The position numbers and the translations under genes were made by a program. Below the pieces are notes generated by a model, which worked only from the letters and a program-made list of their open reading frames with translations, was not told the origin of the DNA and searched no databases. 64,000 nt of DNA from Eledone cirrhosa (lineage: Eukaryota): positions 51,770,001 to 51,834,000 of the forward strand of contig OZ024747.1 in the NCBI GenBank assembly GCA_964016885.1, given 5' to 3'. Shown piece by piece: positions 12,005-23,930 of the stretch. The stretch's first letter is position 1. Each line of letters begins with the position of its first letter.

Positions 12005-14101
12005 TTACCGTACTTTTGGTAGAGGAGGGATGGTTTTTACATCCCTTTTCACTTGATCGTCTGGTGAAGGGACCGTTGAATCGTCCCTTCGGCTGGTCGT
12101 CGGCTCTTCTAAGAGAATGTCTGAGTATACTCTTCGATTGATGGTTCCTCCTAGGTCCCTGAAATCACCAACTGCGTTGGGGAATTTCGTTTTAATATTT
12201 GTGTATTGTTTCTGTGCTATTTTTAGCAGTCTTATGTTAGTTGGCGTTTTGATTGGTGCTGGTATTATGTAGTCCTGTTGTGAAATGTCTGTGTGTTCAA
12301 TTATGTAAGTCATTAGTTTCTTGTTGTGTGTATTTATTGCCGTGCATTTGTTTTTCTGGGGGTGGGGTGTGGTTCTACTATTTTCTTGTCGTTGTTGCTG
12401 GGTGTGTGTGTTTTGTTGTTGTGTTTGCGATGTTGGTGCTTGTGGTGGTGGTGTTGAAGGTGTTGTTGGCGGTGGGGTTGTCGCCGGTGGTGATGGTGGT
12501 GCTAGTGTGGGTGGTGATGGTGTTGGTGTTGTTGCTGCTGTGGGTCTCTTTGCAGTAGACTTTACCCTTTTCTCATTTCTTTCCTCACTTTTCAAAGGCG
12601 ACGATGCGCTGCTTCTGCGTTTGTGCCTTCTTACGACCTTTTGCCATCTCTCTCCCACCTCACACTCCATGTCTGATTCTGTGAGGTCGGGGAGGGGTAC
12701 CAACTCCACTCTTTCACTTGTTGTTGTTGGTGATGTTTGCACTGGAGTCTCTGTTGCAGCTGTATTTGGTATTGCTGTTGTTGTTGTTAGTATTTCCACT
12801 GCTGCTGCTGTTTTTGATTTCCGTGGAGTGGGTATGGGTGCCACGGGCCTATCGTTCCTGGTTGCCGCTTGTCCTGTTGCTGGTAGCCGTGGAGCCGGAT
12901 TCGGAAGGAGGGGGGTTTTCTCCTTTCTCAGGGTCTTCTCGTTGCAGAAGGCCCTGAGGTGAGTCTTCGATCCACAGCGAAAGCATTTCGGGCGTTTACC
13001 CTCAACACTTATGGGCAGTTGAGTGCCGTTATCGAAGTCTATCACATCCGGGATAGCTTCGATGCACTCCTGGTTGGTTTGGATTAGCATCTCAATGGAG
13101 GAGCCGACCCAATCTTCTCTTACTTTTTTCTGTACTTGCAGTACAGTTGTTTTGTCCTCGATTCCGACGAGGACAGACGCGGCCAGCCAAGAAGGGGTCA
13201 TTCCGGGGGGGACGTGGGTCAGTTTGACCCTCACAATTTTTTGCCCACAGTAGGAGGGCACCAACACCATTTCCTCGCTCCTTAGGGTCACTACTGATTG
13301 GGCCTTTGCCTCCTGGGGTGTGGCAAAAAGTACGTCTACGGTGGCATATTTTTTGCCTCGGGTGATGTGCGTTTTCCGCTGCCACACAGACCCCAAGGCT
13401 TTTTGTATTTGGGCCTCTGTGGCTCTTTCCACCCTACGGGATTTTGTACTTACTGTACGGTACGTGACCGTACAGTGCTCTTGGGTTTCAAAAAAATTTT
13501 TCGCTGCCTTGCAGATTGCTCGGTGTCCGTTCTTTGTCACCATCTTCTTCGCTTCCTCTAATTCCTCATTTGTTATGAGGATTGTTTCCAAGTTTTTCGC
13601 AATACCTGCAAATGAGATTGGTTTTTCTCTGCTGTTGTTGTTGTCGTCAGAGCTGCTGGTACTTTTGTTGTTGCTGCAGGTACTACGACTACTGCCTCCG
13701 CCGCTGTTGCTGTGGTTGTTGTTGGTGTTGCTGCTGCTAATGCTGTTGTTGTTTATGCTGCTGGTGATGCTGTTGCGGCTGCTACTGTTGTTTTCATTGT
13801 CACTGTTGCAGTTGTTATTACGGCTGCTACTGCTATTATTCCTGACGTCAGACGAATGAACTGGGTTTTCGTATTTCCCGCACACCTGTTTCGTCGCTGT
13901 CGTCGTCGTCGTGGAGAAACCTTGCACGCTTTGCACGAGACTTTTCTTTTCTTTCGTCACTTGCGAAAGAGAAGGGAGGGAGAGAGACACATTTAAAGAA
14001 GGGAGGGAGCGAGACAATCTTCTCTCTGCTGTAGTGATGATTGAGGAAGAAGAAGACGGAATGAGTGGGAGTGACGTATGAAATTTCTTTTTCGTAGCCA
14101 T
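12005..14101 (-). CDS. ORF1: gag-like nucleic-acid-binding protein with a zinc knuckle (698 aa)
   Basis: CFRCGSKTHLRAFC fits CX2CX4HX4C. Ser/Asn-rich N-terminus and Pro/Thr/Gln-rich C-terminal part. Lies directly upstream of ORF2. Confidence 0.9.
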   Translation of the reverse strand: MATKKKFHTSLPLIPSSSSSIITTAERRLSRSLPSLNVSLSLPSLSQVTKEKKSLVQSVQGFSTTTTTATKQVCGKYENPVHSSDVRNNSSSSRNNNCNSDNENNSSSRNSITSSINNNSISSSNTNNNHSNSGGGSSRSTCSNNKSTSSSDDNNNSREKPISFAGIAKNLETILITNEELEEAKKMVTKNGHRAICKAAKNFFETQEHCTVTYRTVSTKSRRVERATEAQIQKALGSVWQRKTHITRGKKYATVDVLFATPQEAKAQSVVTLRSEEMVLVPSYCGQKIVRVKLTHVPPGMTPSWLAASVLVGIEDKTTVLQVQKKVREDWVGSSIEMLIQTNQECIEAIPDVIDFDNGTQLPISVEGKRPKCFRCGSKTHLRAFCNEKTLRKEKTPLLPNPAPRLPATGQAATRNDRPVAPIPTPRKSKTAAAVEILTTTTAIPNTAATETPVQTSPTTTSERVELVPLPDLTESDMECEVGERWQKVVRRHKRRSSASSPLKSEERNEKRVKSTAKRPTAATTPTPSPPTLAPPSPPATTPPPTTPSTPPPQAPTSQTQQQNTHTQQQRQENSRTTPHPQKNKCTAINTHNKKLMTYIIEHTDISQQDYIIPAPIKTPTNIRLLKIAQKQYTNIKTKFPNAVGDFRDLGGTINRRVYSDILLEEPTTSRRDDSTVPSPDDQVKRDVKTIPPLPKVR

Positions 14102-14338
14102 GTTGTTTTTTGTTTAAAATGAATATTGGGTACAAAACCCCAATAACTGGTTATTTAGCCCCGAAGGGCCAAATAACGGACAGAAAGACCCCTCTCACGA
14201 GGAGGAGGGTGTCTTTATCAACAATTTGGTTCAAGTTTTAAACAATTTACAATTGTTTTAACGGTTAAAAATTACTATACCTTACAGAGCCGAGCCTCCG
14301 TCAACCATGGCATTCAATAATAATAATAATAATAATAA

Positions 14339-14535
14339 TTGTTTCTACTTTATAATAATTGTTTCTACTTTAGGCACAAGGCCAGCAATTACCCCAGTGT
14401 ATTACTGGTACTTTATTTTATCGACCCCGTAAGGATGAAAGGCAAAGTCAACCTCGGCAGGATTTGAACTCAGATCGTAAAGGGACGTAACTATGCTGGA
14501 AAGCATGGCGTCCGACCCTCTACCGATACTGCCAA
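14339..14535 (-). mobile_element. tRNA-derived SINE with duplicated 3' end
   Basis: A-box tggcagtatcgg, B-box gagttcaaatcc, core gcctttcatccttacggggtcgataaaataaagtaccag, 3' ccttgtgcctaaagtagaaacaattatt. The terminal ~20 nt occur twice. Confidence 0.9.
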
Positions 14536-14650
14536 ATAATAATGATTTCATTTATTAGCCACAAGGGCTTTTTATTGTCCCCTACATACCATGTAGGGGA
14601 CAATAAAAAGACAGGGACAGTGGGGGTTTACAATAAGGTCGAGTAAAAGT
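14536..14650 (-). mobile_element. Short 3'-end fragment related to the Tx1-like family, with a perfect 20-bp hairpin
   Basis: taataatgatttcatttattagccacaaggg matches the LINE 3' terminus. Hairpin at 14568-14610. Confidence 0.6.
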
Positions 14651-14672
14651 GCACAATGGCAATAATAATATA

Positions 14673-14728
<56 letters not shown>

Positions 14729-14948
14729 GAGGCGGGCGGGGTTCCAGGTGGGACTGTGTACATACATACATTCGTATTTATATAAGCACAAATACAAATT
14801 AAGCTTTTATGTTCGTGCTAAATTATATAAATATACACATAGCTACATACATACATACGCATACATATATACATACACATATACAATCACATTTATACAT
14901 ACATACATACATACATACATACATACATACATACATACATACATACAT

Positions 14949-15045
<97 letters not shown>

Positions 15046-15495
15046 CACATACATACGTACATACATACAAACATACACATACATATATATATATATATAT
15101 ATACATCCATGCATCTATACATACATACACACATATATATATATGTGCGTCACATACGACAATGAAGCAACCAATCAAACCTTAAAATTCTTAAGAAAAG
15201 AAATGAGAATCTTGAAAATTCTCGTATAAATCGAAATACAAACCATAAAATGGAATTAAAAGTGTAAAAGATAATTCTCTAATCTTATTGAACGCTTAAA
15301 TCTGTCTTTAATCTGATAATTTATTCATAGTCATTGTGTAAAATGAAGGGATGTTTTCAAATTTATGACCCTGCAGTAGTGCAAGCCTATTGTATATCTA
15401 TATGTATGTATTCTAGAACCCTTTGTCTAAATATTTATATCGTCGTCTTCCATCTTATATATGGACAAGTATATATAAATATGTATATATGTATA

Positions 15496-15559
<64 letters not shown>

Positions 15560-15580
15560 ATAAAAAAATATATATATATG

Positions 15581-15688
<108 letters not shown>

Positions 15689-15826
15689 TATATATATATA
15701 TACATATATATGTGTATGTATATATGTATGTACGTATGTATATATATATACATAGCTATATATATGTATATTTATGTATGTATGTATGTATGTACGTATG
15801 TATATATATACATAGCTATATATATG

Positions 15827-15858
<32 letters not shown>

Positions 15859-16009
15859 TGTACGTATGTATGTACGTATGTATGTATGTATGTATGTATG
15901 TATGCATATATGTATGTATATATAAATATATACGTATATATGCAGTCGTGATGTCCTTCACCTTCCACTTTCTCTTTTGCATCAACTGTTGAGTACACCA
16001 ACACAAACC

Positions 16010-17560
16010 CCACTCCCACCACCATCACTACCACCATTATTACCACCACCAACACCACCACTACCACCAACACCACCACTAGCACCACCACCACCACCAT
16101 CACCACACCTACTACCACCACCACCAGCACAATCACCACGAGCATCACCACCACAATCACCACAAGCATCACCACCACCACTACCACTAACACCAACACC
16201 ACCACCATCACCACACCTACTACCACCACTAACACCAACACCACTACCACCACAATCATCACAAGCATCACCACCACCACCATGCCACCCCTAACACCAA
16301 CACCACCACTACCATCACCACACCTACTACCACCACCACCACCACCAACGTCAGTACCACCACCACAATCACCACAAGCATCACCACCACCACTACCACC
16401 ATTAACACCAACACCACCACTGCCATCACAGCACCTACTACCACCACCACCACCACGACCACCACCATGAGTACCACCACAATCATCACAAGCATCACCA
16501 TCACCACTACCACCACTAACACCAACACCACCACTGCCATCACAGCACCTACTACCACCACCACCACCACGACCACCACCATCAGTACCACCACAATCAT
16601 CACAAGCATCACCATCACCACTACCACCACTAACACCAACACCACCACTGCCATCACAGCACCTACTACCACCACCACCACCACGACCACCACCATCAGT
16701 ACCACCACCACAATCACCACAAGCATTACCACCACCACTACCACCACTAACACCAACACCACCACCACCATCACCACACCTACTACCACCGATACCATCA
16801 GTACCACCACCATCACAATCATCACAAGCATCACCACCACCCCTAACACCAACACCACCACTGCCATCACCACACCTACTACCACCACCACCACCAACAT
16901 CAGTACCACCACCACCGCCAACATCAGTACCACCACCACAATCACCACAAGCATCACCACCACCACTACCACCACTAACACCAACACCAACACCACCACC
17001 ACCATCACCACACCTACTACCACCGATACCATCAGTACCACCACCACCACCACAATCATCACAAGCATCACCACCACCACTACCACCACTAACACCAACA
17101 CCACCACCACCATCACCACACCTACAACCATTGATACCATCAGTACCACCACCATCACAATCATCACAAGCATCACCACCACCACCACTACCACCACTAC
17201 CACCACTACCGACTCCACCACAATCACCATAATAATCACCCCTACCATCAACACCACCACCATCAACACCACCACCATCAGCACCACCACCATCAACACC
17301 ACCACCATCAGCACCACCACCATCAGCACCACCACCATCAACACAATCACCATAACAATCACCCCTACCATCAACACCACCACCATCAACACCACCACCA
17401 TCAGCACCACCACCATCAACACCACCACCATCAACACCACCACCATCAGCACCACCACCATCAACACCACCACCATCAACACAATCACCATAACAATCAC
17501 CCCTACCATCAACACCACCACCATCAGCACCACCACCATCAGCACCACCACCATCACCAT
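16010..17560. repeat. Cryptic (ACC/ATC)-based satellite with internal repeat blocks of ~114 bp and shorter
   Basis: Trinucleotide-derived sequence with recurring blocks such as cacaatcatcacaagcatcacc and cacacctactaccacc. Confidence 0.9.
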
Positions 17561-17894
17561 TGGTGATTCATCACCTCTATGGCTGCTGTTTACGATAAAA
17601 TTTAAATTCTCAAGAAACCATTATTATTCTTTGACTAATCTTTGAAATTATACAAATAATTTATTCTCCTTTTTTCAAAAGAAAAGAAATGAAAGTAAAT
17701 TACTTATTTTTAGGGTTTTATCTTATCTCGAACTTTCTTGAAATTGGACTGACATGTATATATATATACATCTCTCTCTCTATATATATATATATGTATG
17801 TATATAGATGTATATAATAGATGTATAGATGTATATATGTATGTATATGTATGTATATAATGTATAATATATATTACACATGTTTCATATATAC

Positions 17895-17926
<32 letters not shown>

Positions 17927-17932
17927 ATATAT

Positions 17933-17966
<34 letters not shown>

Positions 17967-18031
17967 TATGTATATATATATACATGTATATATACATACA
18001 TATATATATATTTATATATATATATATATAT

Positions 18032-18062
<31 letters not shown>

Positions 18063-18101
18063 TTATGTATATATATACATGTATATATACATACATATAT
18101 G

Positions 18102-18179
<78 letters not shown>

Positions 18180-18191
18180 TACATACATACA

Positions 18192-18231
<40 letters not shown>

Positions 18232-18323
18232 TATGTATGTTTCTGTGTATAAGGGGGGGGGGGGTAATTATTCGTAATGTCTTCTTATGATATTTCATCA
18301 ACTTATCACATCTTGATTGTTTC

Positions 18324-18387
<64 letters not shown>

Positions 18388-18514
18388 ATATATGTGTGCG
18401 TGTGCGTATGTGTGTGTGTGCTAAATAAAATACAATATAAACAAACATACGAAGTTACATGAATATTTTCAGATATGCAAACGATACTGTATACTATATA
18501 TATACATTTAAACA

Positions 18515-18555
<41 letters not shown>

Positions 18556-20107
18556 ATGTATGTCTACATACATATTATATATGCACAAACACACATACAC
18601 GCTCATATATATGTATATACAAGAATACATATATATATACATAATTTTGTGTGCCTGTGTGAGTTACAAAAATGAATAATTTTCAACTTTTATCAGATAA
18701 AATTTCCTTATCAAAATTTCTTCGTTCTTTGTACTACATTCCAGTTTTTATAGCATTATCTGAATATCACGTGATATACATGTTAGAAATAGAACCCACA
18801 CTTATCAAAGGCGACGGCAGTGTTTTGTCTCAGCCTGGGCAAGCTTTGGTTGAAGTTGGAGTAAAAGGTTTTATATGTAAATGATATGAGCTTTTAATAT
18901 ATCAATTCAAATAAGGGTGGTGGATAAAATACCATTGCGCTGTTTGTTCCGCAATTTCATATTCTAATTTCAAATCACACCAAAGTCAGGAATTCCCTGT
19001 CAAATCGTGATGTTGATTTCATCATCTTTACTCTTTCCTCAAAGTTACTGACCTTTGTCTAAATCAGATATCGATATAACATATTGAAAATATTTCTCAA
19101 TGTGATAGCATATTTAAAATAAATAAACAGGATATAAATTAACTTGCGGTGTTAGTAAATTCAGTAAATTAGATTGAACAATTTTAACCGTAGGTTCAAT
19201 CTGTAACAGAACGTATTCAGAAAGACGGGAACACAATATTGATAGATGCAACTTTATTTTAATTTATTCACTGCGTAACATGATGTATGCTAATAGATCT
19301 AATGTAAACTGGTCACAGTTTTTTCTGATTTTCAGGCTGTCTACCTTTTTTTCTCCTATATCTAGTAGAAGTACTGATGCAAAGTATGAAGCTCGGAACA
19401 AGTAGAGTTGATGCTGTAGAGTGAAGTAATCTCCCGCGACATTTTACATAGACAATCACGACCAGATTGTGTCTCTAGGTGTGACAAACGACATATAAAT
19501 TAGATAAGGACAAGCATGCTGCTTTTAAACAATGTCCAATCTATTTCCTACATTTTGTATTATTTTTGCTTCCCAAGGTAACCCTCTTGTTTTAGAGTAA
19601 TATCTAAGTCAATTGAATATAAATTGCGAATTTATTTATCTGTGATTTTTAAAAGGTCATCCAATAAATAGAATCTGCTTTATTTGTGTGGATAGAAGCA
19701 AAATTGATTCTTTCGGAGCCTCAAAGTTGCTATTCCGTTGTACGTAATGATTTTAGTTTATTGTAGATTTTCAGTAGAGTGACGGGGAACCGAAAGAGGA
19801 TGGACATAATCCATGTTGGATAATTCAAAAATCACTGATACATTCGTTATGTATTCTTTATGCTGAGTCTTTGAAATCATTCCAGAGTGAAATGTTTTCT
19901 ACATTGCATGTGATATTTACTGATTAAATTCCCTGTTATGTTCAGCGTTATGTTCTTGACAAACATGCTATAAGAGGTGGGATGCCACTTAAGTAAGGTT
20001 CTCCAAGAAATTCTGAATTTGCATAAAATGTAATCATGTTGAATATCGAGTACCATAATTACACATACACACACTCTCTCTTTCACACACGCACACAATG
20101 TTTTTTA

Positions 20108-20166
20108 TTCATTCTGACGACTGAAGACAGACACAACATGTCTTCAAGAAACCACTGGTAAATGAA
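20108..20166 (+). ncRNA. Canonical type I hammerhead ribozyme motif
   Basis: ttcatt-CTGACGA-c-tgaagaca-(9 nt)-tgtcttca-a-GAAACC-act-GGTA-aatgaa. Perfect 6-bp stem I, 8-bp stem II, 3-bp stem III, GUA cleavage triplet. Confidence 0.85.
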
Positions 20167-20278
20167 ATAATTATCTTACGTTGTTTATTAAATAACTATA
20201 TATATATACGTAACGATATGAGAAATTTTTTTTACACATGAATGTATGTATATATGTATATATGTATATATGTATATA

Positions 20279-20329
<51 letters not shown>

Positions 20330-20672
20330 TTATATGTAGGTATATATATATATACACATGCATGCATACATACATACATGCATACATACATACATACATA
20401 CATACATACATACATACATGCATACATACATACATACATACATACATACATACACTTAAGTCATTAAAAGGTCAATTTACATTTTTATTACTTACTTTCA
20501 TATTTATAATTACATTTTCACAATAAATATAATTACATTTCACCGTATATTTAATAAAAACTTTCTTTTATGTGGACTTATTAAGTTACACTTAATTCAA
20601 TACGGCCTTCAAATATAAAAATAATATAAAAAGGTGTCCTGCCTAATTACACTTAATTTAATGTGACCTTCA

Positions 20673-20708
<36 letters not shown>

Positions 20709-20849
20709 TGTTTGTGTGTGTGTGTGTCTGTGTGTGTGTGTGTGCGTGTGCGTGAGTGATTTCATTGAGAGGTGAATTCTACAGAATACATTCTGAACGC
20801 ATTTATATATATATAATTATATATATATATATATTACTATCATACATCA

Positions 20850-21020
20850 TGGCAAAACGAACCGGTATGAGACCCAGGTGTAGACTCTCTCAAGATGGTT
20901 GGATAACATCCATGAGCTTGGCTGGCTTCACTTGGGTTCAACCGGATCAGTGCGAGAATAAGAAGAAGAAGAAGAAAAAGAAGAAGAAGAAGAAGAAGAA
21001 GAAGAAGAAGGAGAAGAAGA
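20850..21020 (+). mobile_element. 3' end of an RTE-like LINE with (AAG)n tail
   Basis: RPR..RWLDNIHEL-type terminus. tggttggataacatccatgagcttggct is shared with 57870-58040 (minus). Confidence 0.6.
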
Positions 21021-21245
21021 TGATCAGCATATCTCCAAAATGGCTGACTGAATACACACGTGTTTTTTCTTTCTTTTTTTTCTCAGTTTCTTCCTCTTCT
21101 CACTTTCTTTATGTTTCATCATTTATTTATCATTGTATCTCCCGATGAAGGACTACTGATATAAAGGCTATTTATCAAGCAATAAACTAATATATATTTT
21201 TCAGTGTACCATGTTGTTTGTTGTGTTGTTCCGTTTACCTTTTGC

Positions 21246-21276
<31 letters not shown>

Positions 21277-21350
21277 CATACATACATACATACATACATA
21301 CATACATACATACATACATACATACATACATACATACATACATACGTACA

Positions 21351-23813
21351 GTCAAAGCGATCAGTCGCATATTTTGACGTGGGAGACTATTTATTAAATT
21401 TAAGATGAATACTATCTCCGACAGTAATGCCACAACTACAGTCATGTTGAATAACTGGTTATTCTTCTAACTATATCTTTTGAAGACACCTTTTATTCGA
21501 ATTCGTAGAGATATCCGACTAAATACATAATTCATTTTACAAGGATTTGCTACAAACAGCATGGCTGAACACAACATCAACAATAAAATTAAGGAAGTAC
21601 CTAAGATAAATAACAAGGAAGGTAAACAAACTTTATTCAGTTGTAGCTACAGAAGAAACCGAAATTATAAATCGCATTTCTCTTGGAGATGCGAACTTAA
21701 TGATTTATTTAATTGTTATAAAATGGAAAAATAAATCCCCCTTGGCTATATGAACAGAATGAAGCTACACTGGGACGAAATACACCCAACTTGCTAAAGT
21801 CCCAGATATTATTGTCAGAGCCATAGAGAGGCTGTCTTCTTCTAAGGTTAAAGACAGAGAGGGAGGATTCTATTTTCACTGATAAAATAAAATATCGCAG
21901 GGGTATATTTCAGGGAGACAATCTCTCTGTGATATTATTCATCTTGTCATTAAACCCCTTGTCCTTTCTGTTCATGAAATGTGAGGGGTACATCATTGGC
22001 TCGCAGAAGGACAGAAATACGAAGCTAACCCATAATTTCTTTGTGGACGATCTGAAACTCTATGGATGGGATGAAGAAAAATCTTGACCTGGTTACAACG
22101 TTCTCAAAGGATATAGGAATGGAGTTTGGCCAAGATAAATGCTCATACATGTAAAGCGGGAAAAACAAACCAATCTAGCAACATTGTCATCAATGGCCTA
22201 ACTGTTTCACCGATATCTGATGAGGACTGCTACAGATATCTGGGGATAGATGAGAACATATCCTATAATAGTATCTGTAATAAAGAACGCGTAACCAGGG
22301 AATACTACACCCGATTAAGAAAGATCTGGTCATCGGAACTCTCTGCGCAAAACAAAACAGTGGCTCATAATGTGTTTGCTGTGCCTGTCCTAACACCAAC
22401 GTTTGGAATAATCAATTGGACGATAGACGAAATCCGAGCAGTTGATGTTGGAACTCGAAAAATACTAAACAACACCAGAAACTTCCACATCAACAGTGAC
22501 ATAGACCGCCTTTACTTGAAACGTAAGCAGGGAGGCAGAGTCCTAACATCAGTCCAGACAACATTTGAATGTCGCATCATATCTCTCCGACAACATCTAC
22601 GAACCTCGAAGCGTAGGAGCCCGTTCCTCTGGCAAGTCTATCTGCATGAAACAGATAAGATCATGAGAGTTTGGAAGGACCTCATCGAGAGATATTCCCT
22701 GTGTAATAATCAAAAACTCACACACAGCGAAGTCGCTCAGCAGTATCGCAGTGAATCCATGGATGAAAAACTACATACTTATCAGCAAAAAATCATGCAT
22801 GGATATGTTGCCAGGAAGCTCCAGAGTGAGAGTAATATAGATAAGGAAAGTAGTCTATCTTGGACTAACAACCACTATATTTGCTCCCACTTTGAAGGAT
22901 ACGCTTTTGCAATCCAAGAACAGGAGATTAACACGAAATACCTGATTCACAAAAGAGATAGGGATCCAGGCAAAACACCTAGATGTGATACCAAGTGCAG
23001 ACTCTGCAGAACTAACATCGAGGATATCACCCATGTCATCAGCAGCTGTCCAAAGATGTCATCGCGGTACTATCTACCTATGAGGCATGTTGTAGTGGCC
23101 AAAACACTGTACAATGCAGTTAGTAAAAAAGATAGCCCCGACAATAAACACATTAAAAGTTACAGCAATGTGGAAGACATCCGTGAACATAATATGAAAG
23201 AGTACTGGTGGAAGGTTCCAGTAAAAACCCCAATAAAATGCAGGCATAACAGACCAGATATTATGATATGGGACAGGGAGAAGAAAACATACACAGTAGT
23301 GGGAATTAGCTGCCCAGCAGATGGCAATATAATATCAAAAATTAGTGAAAAGGAGAATATTTATGCAGAACTGATGAGAAATCTGCAGATACTCCACCCT
23401 GATTATACCTTCAGACTTATGCCTGTGATTATTGGGGCACTGGGGTATGTTAGTAACCGCCACAATAAAAATCTTGAGAAGCCGGGCTTCACAGGAATAG
23501 AAAGAACACCGCTAGTTAGGAAATTACAAGTACAATCCGTTAATGGAACAGAAGAAATATGTAAAACATTCCAAAAATGTTGCATCTAATAACTGCATAT
23601 ACACATGTACAGATGCAAAGCATATACACATGCACACAAACTACTCAAAACATTCACATCCACACATACAATAACATCCATATCTACACATGCATGCATA
23701 CATACATATCTACCTAGTTGATGTTGTGTAAATTCCAATGAGAGAGTCTTGTGTCTATGTTAGAAACCGACTGTCTATTGGTAAAACTTTGTGAAATTAT
23801 AAAACCAGAAGAA
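21351..23813 (+). mobile_element. Internally deleted R4/Dong-like non-LTR retrotransposon with restriction-like endonuclease, flanked by (CATA)n
   Basis: N-terminal W..ELN..FNCY...GYMNRMKLHW from ATG 21561 jumps at ~21800 to RGIFQGDNLS..LNPLS and HNFFVDDLKLY. (CATA)n at 21248-21346 and 23814-23828. Confidence 0.8.
22126..23589 (+). pseudogene. RT thumb, CCHC zinc finger and RLE endonuclease portion of the R4-like ORF (487 aa open stretch)
   Basis: YRYLGI, DRLYLKRKQGGR, CRLC..EDITHVISSC, MRH, NRPDIMIWD, ISCP, VIIGALG. Upstream RT motifs are in a different frame. Confidence 0.85.
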
Positions 23814-23849
23814 CATACATACATACATGTATATATACATAAATATAAA

Positions 23850-23930
<81 letters not shown>

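Larger units (their letters stand above)
8288..14315 (-). mobile_element. Full-length, apparently intact Tx1/L1-clade non-LTR retrotransposon (~6.0 kb)
   Basis: 5' UTR, two non-overlapping intact ORFs 35 nt apart, ~260-nt 3' UTR, polyA signal and (ATT)n tail. The 5' end is defined by the matching start of the copy at 60930. Confidence 0.95.

Noticed and set aside
8877-13996. Antisense and alternate-frame ORFs inside the LINE
   Set aside because: Shadows of the GC-rich ORF2 and low-complexity ORF1 with no independent motifs.
16467-17645. Thr-rich mucin-like ORF
   Set aside because: Product of an ACC/ATC satellite. The opposite strand is equally open and no non-repetitive domain is present.
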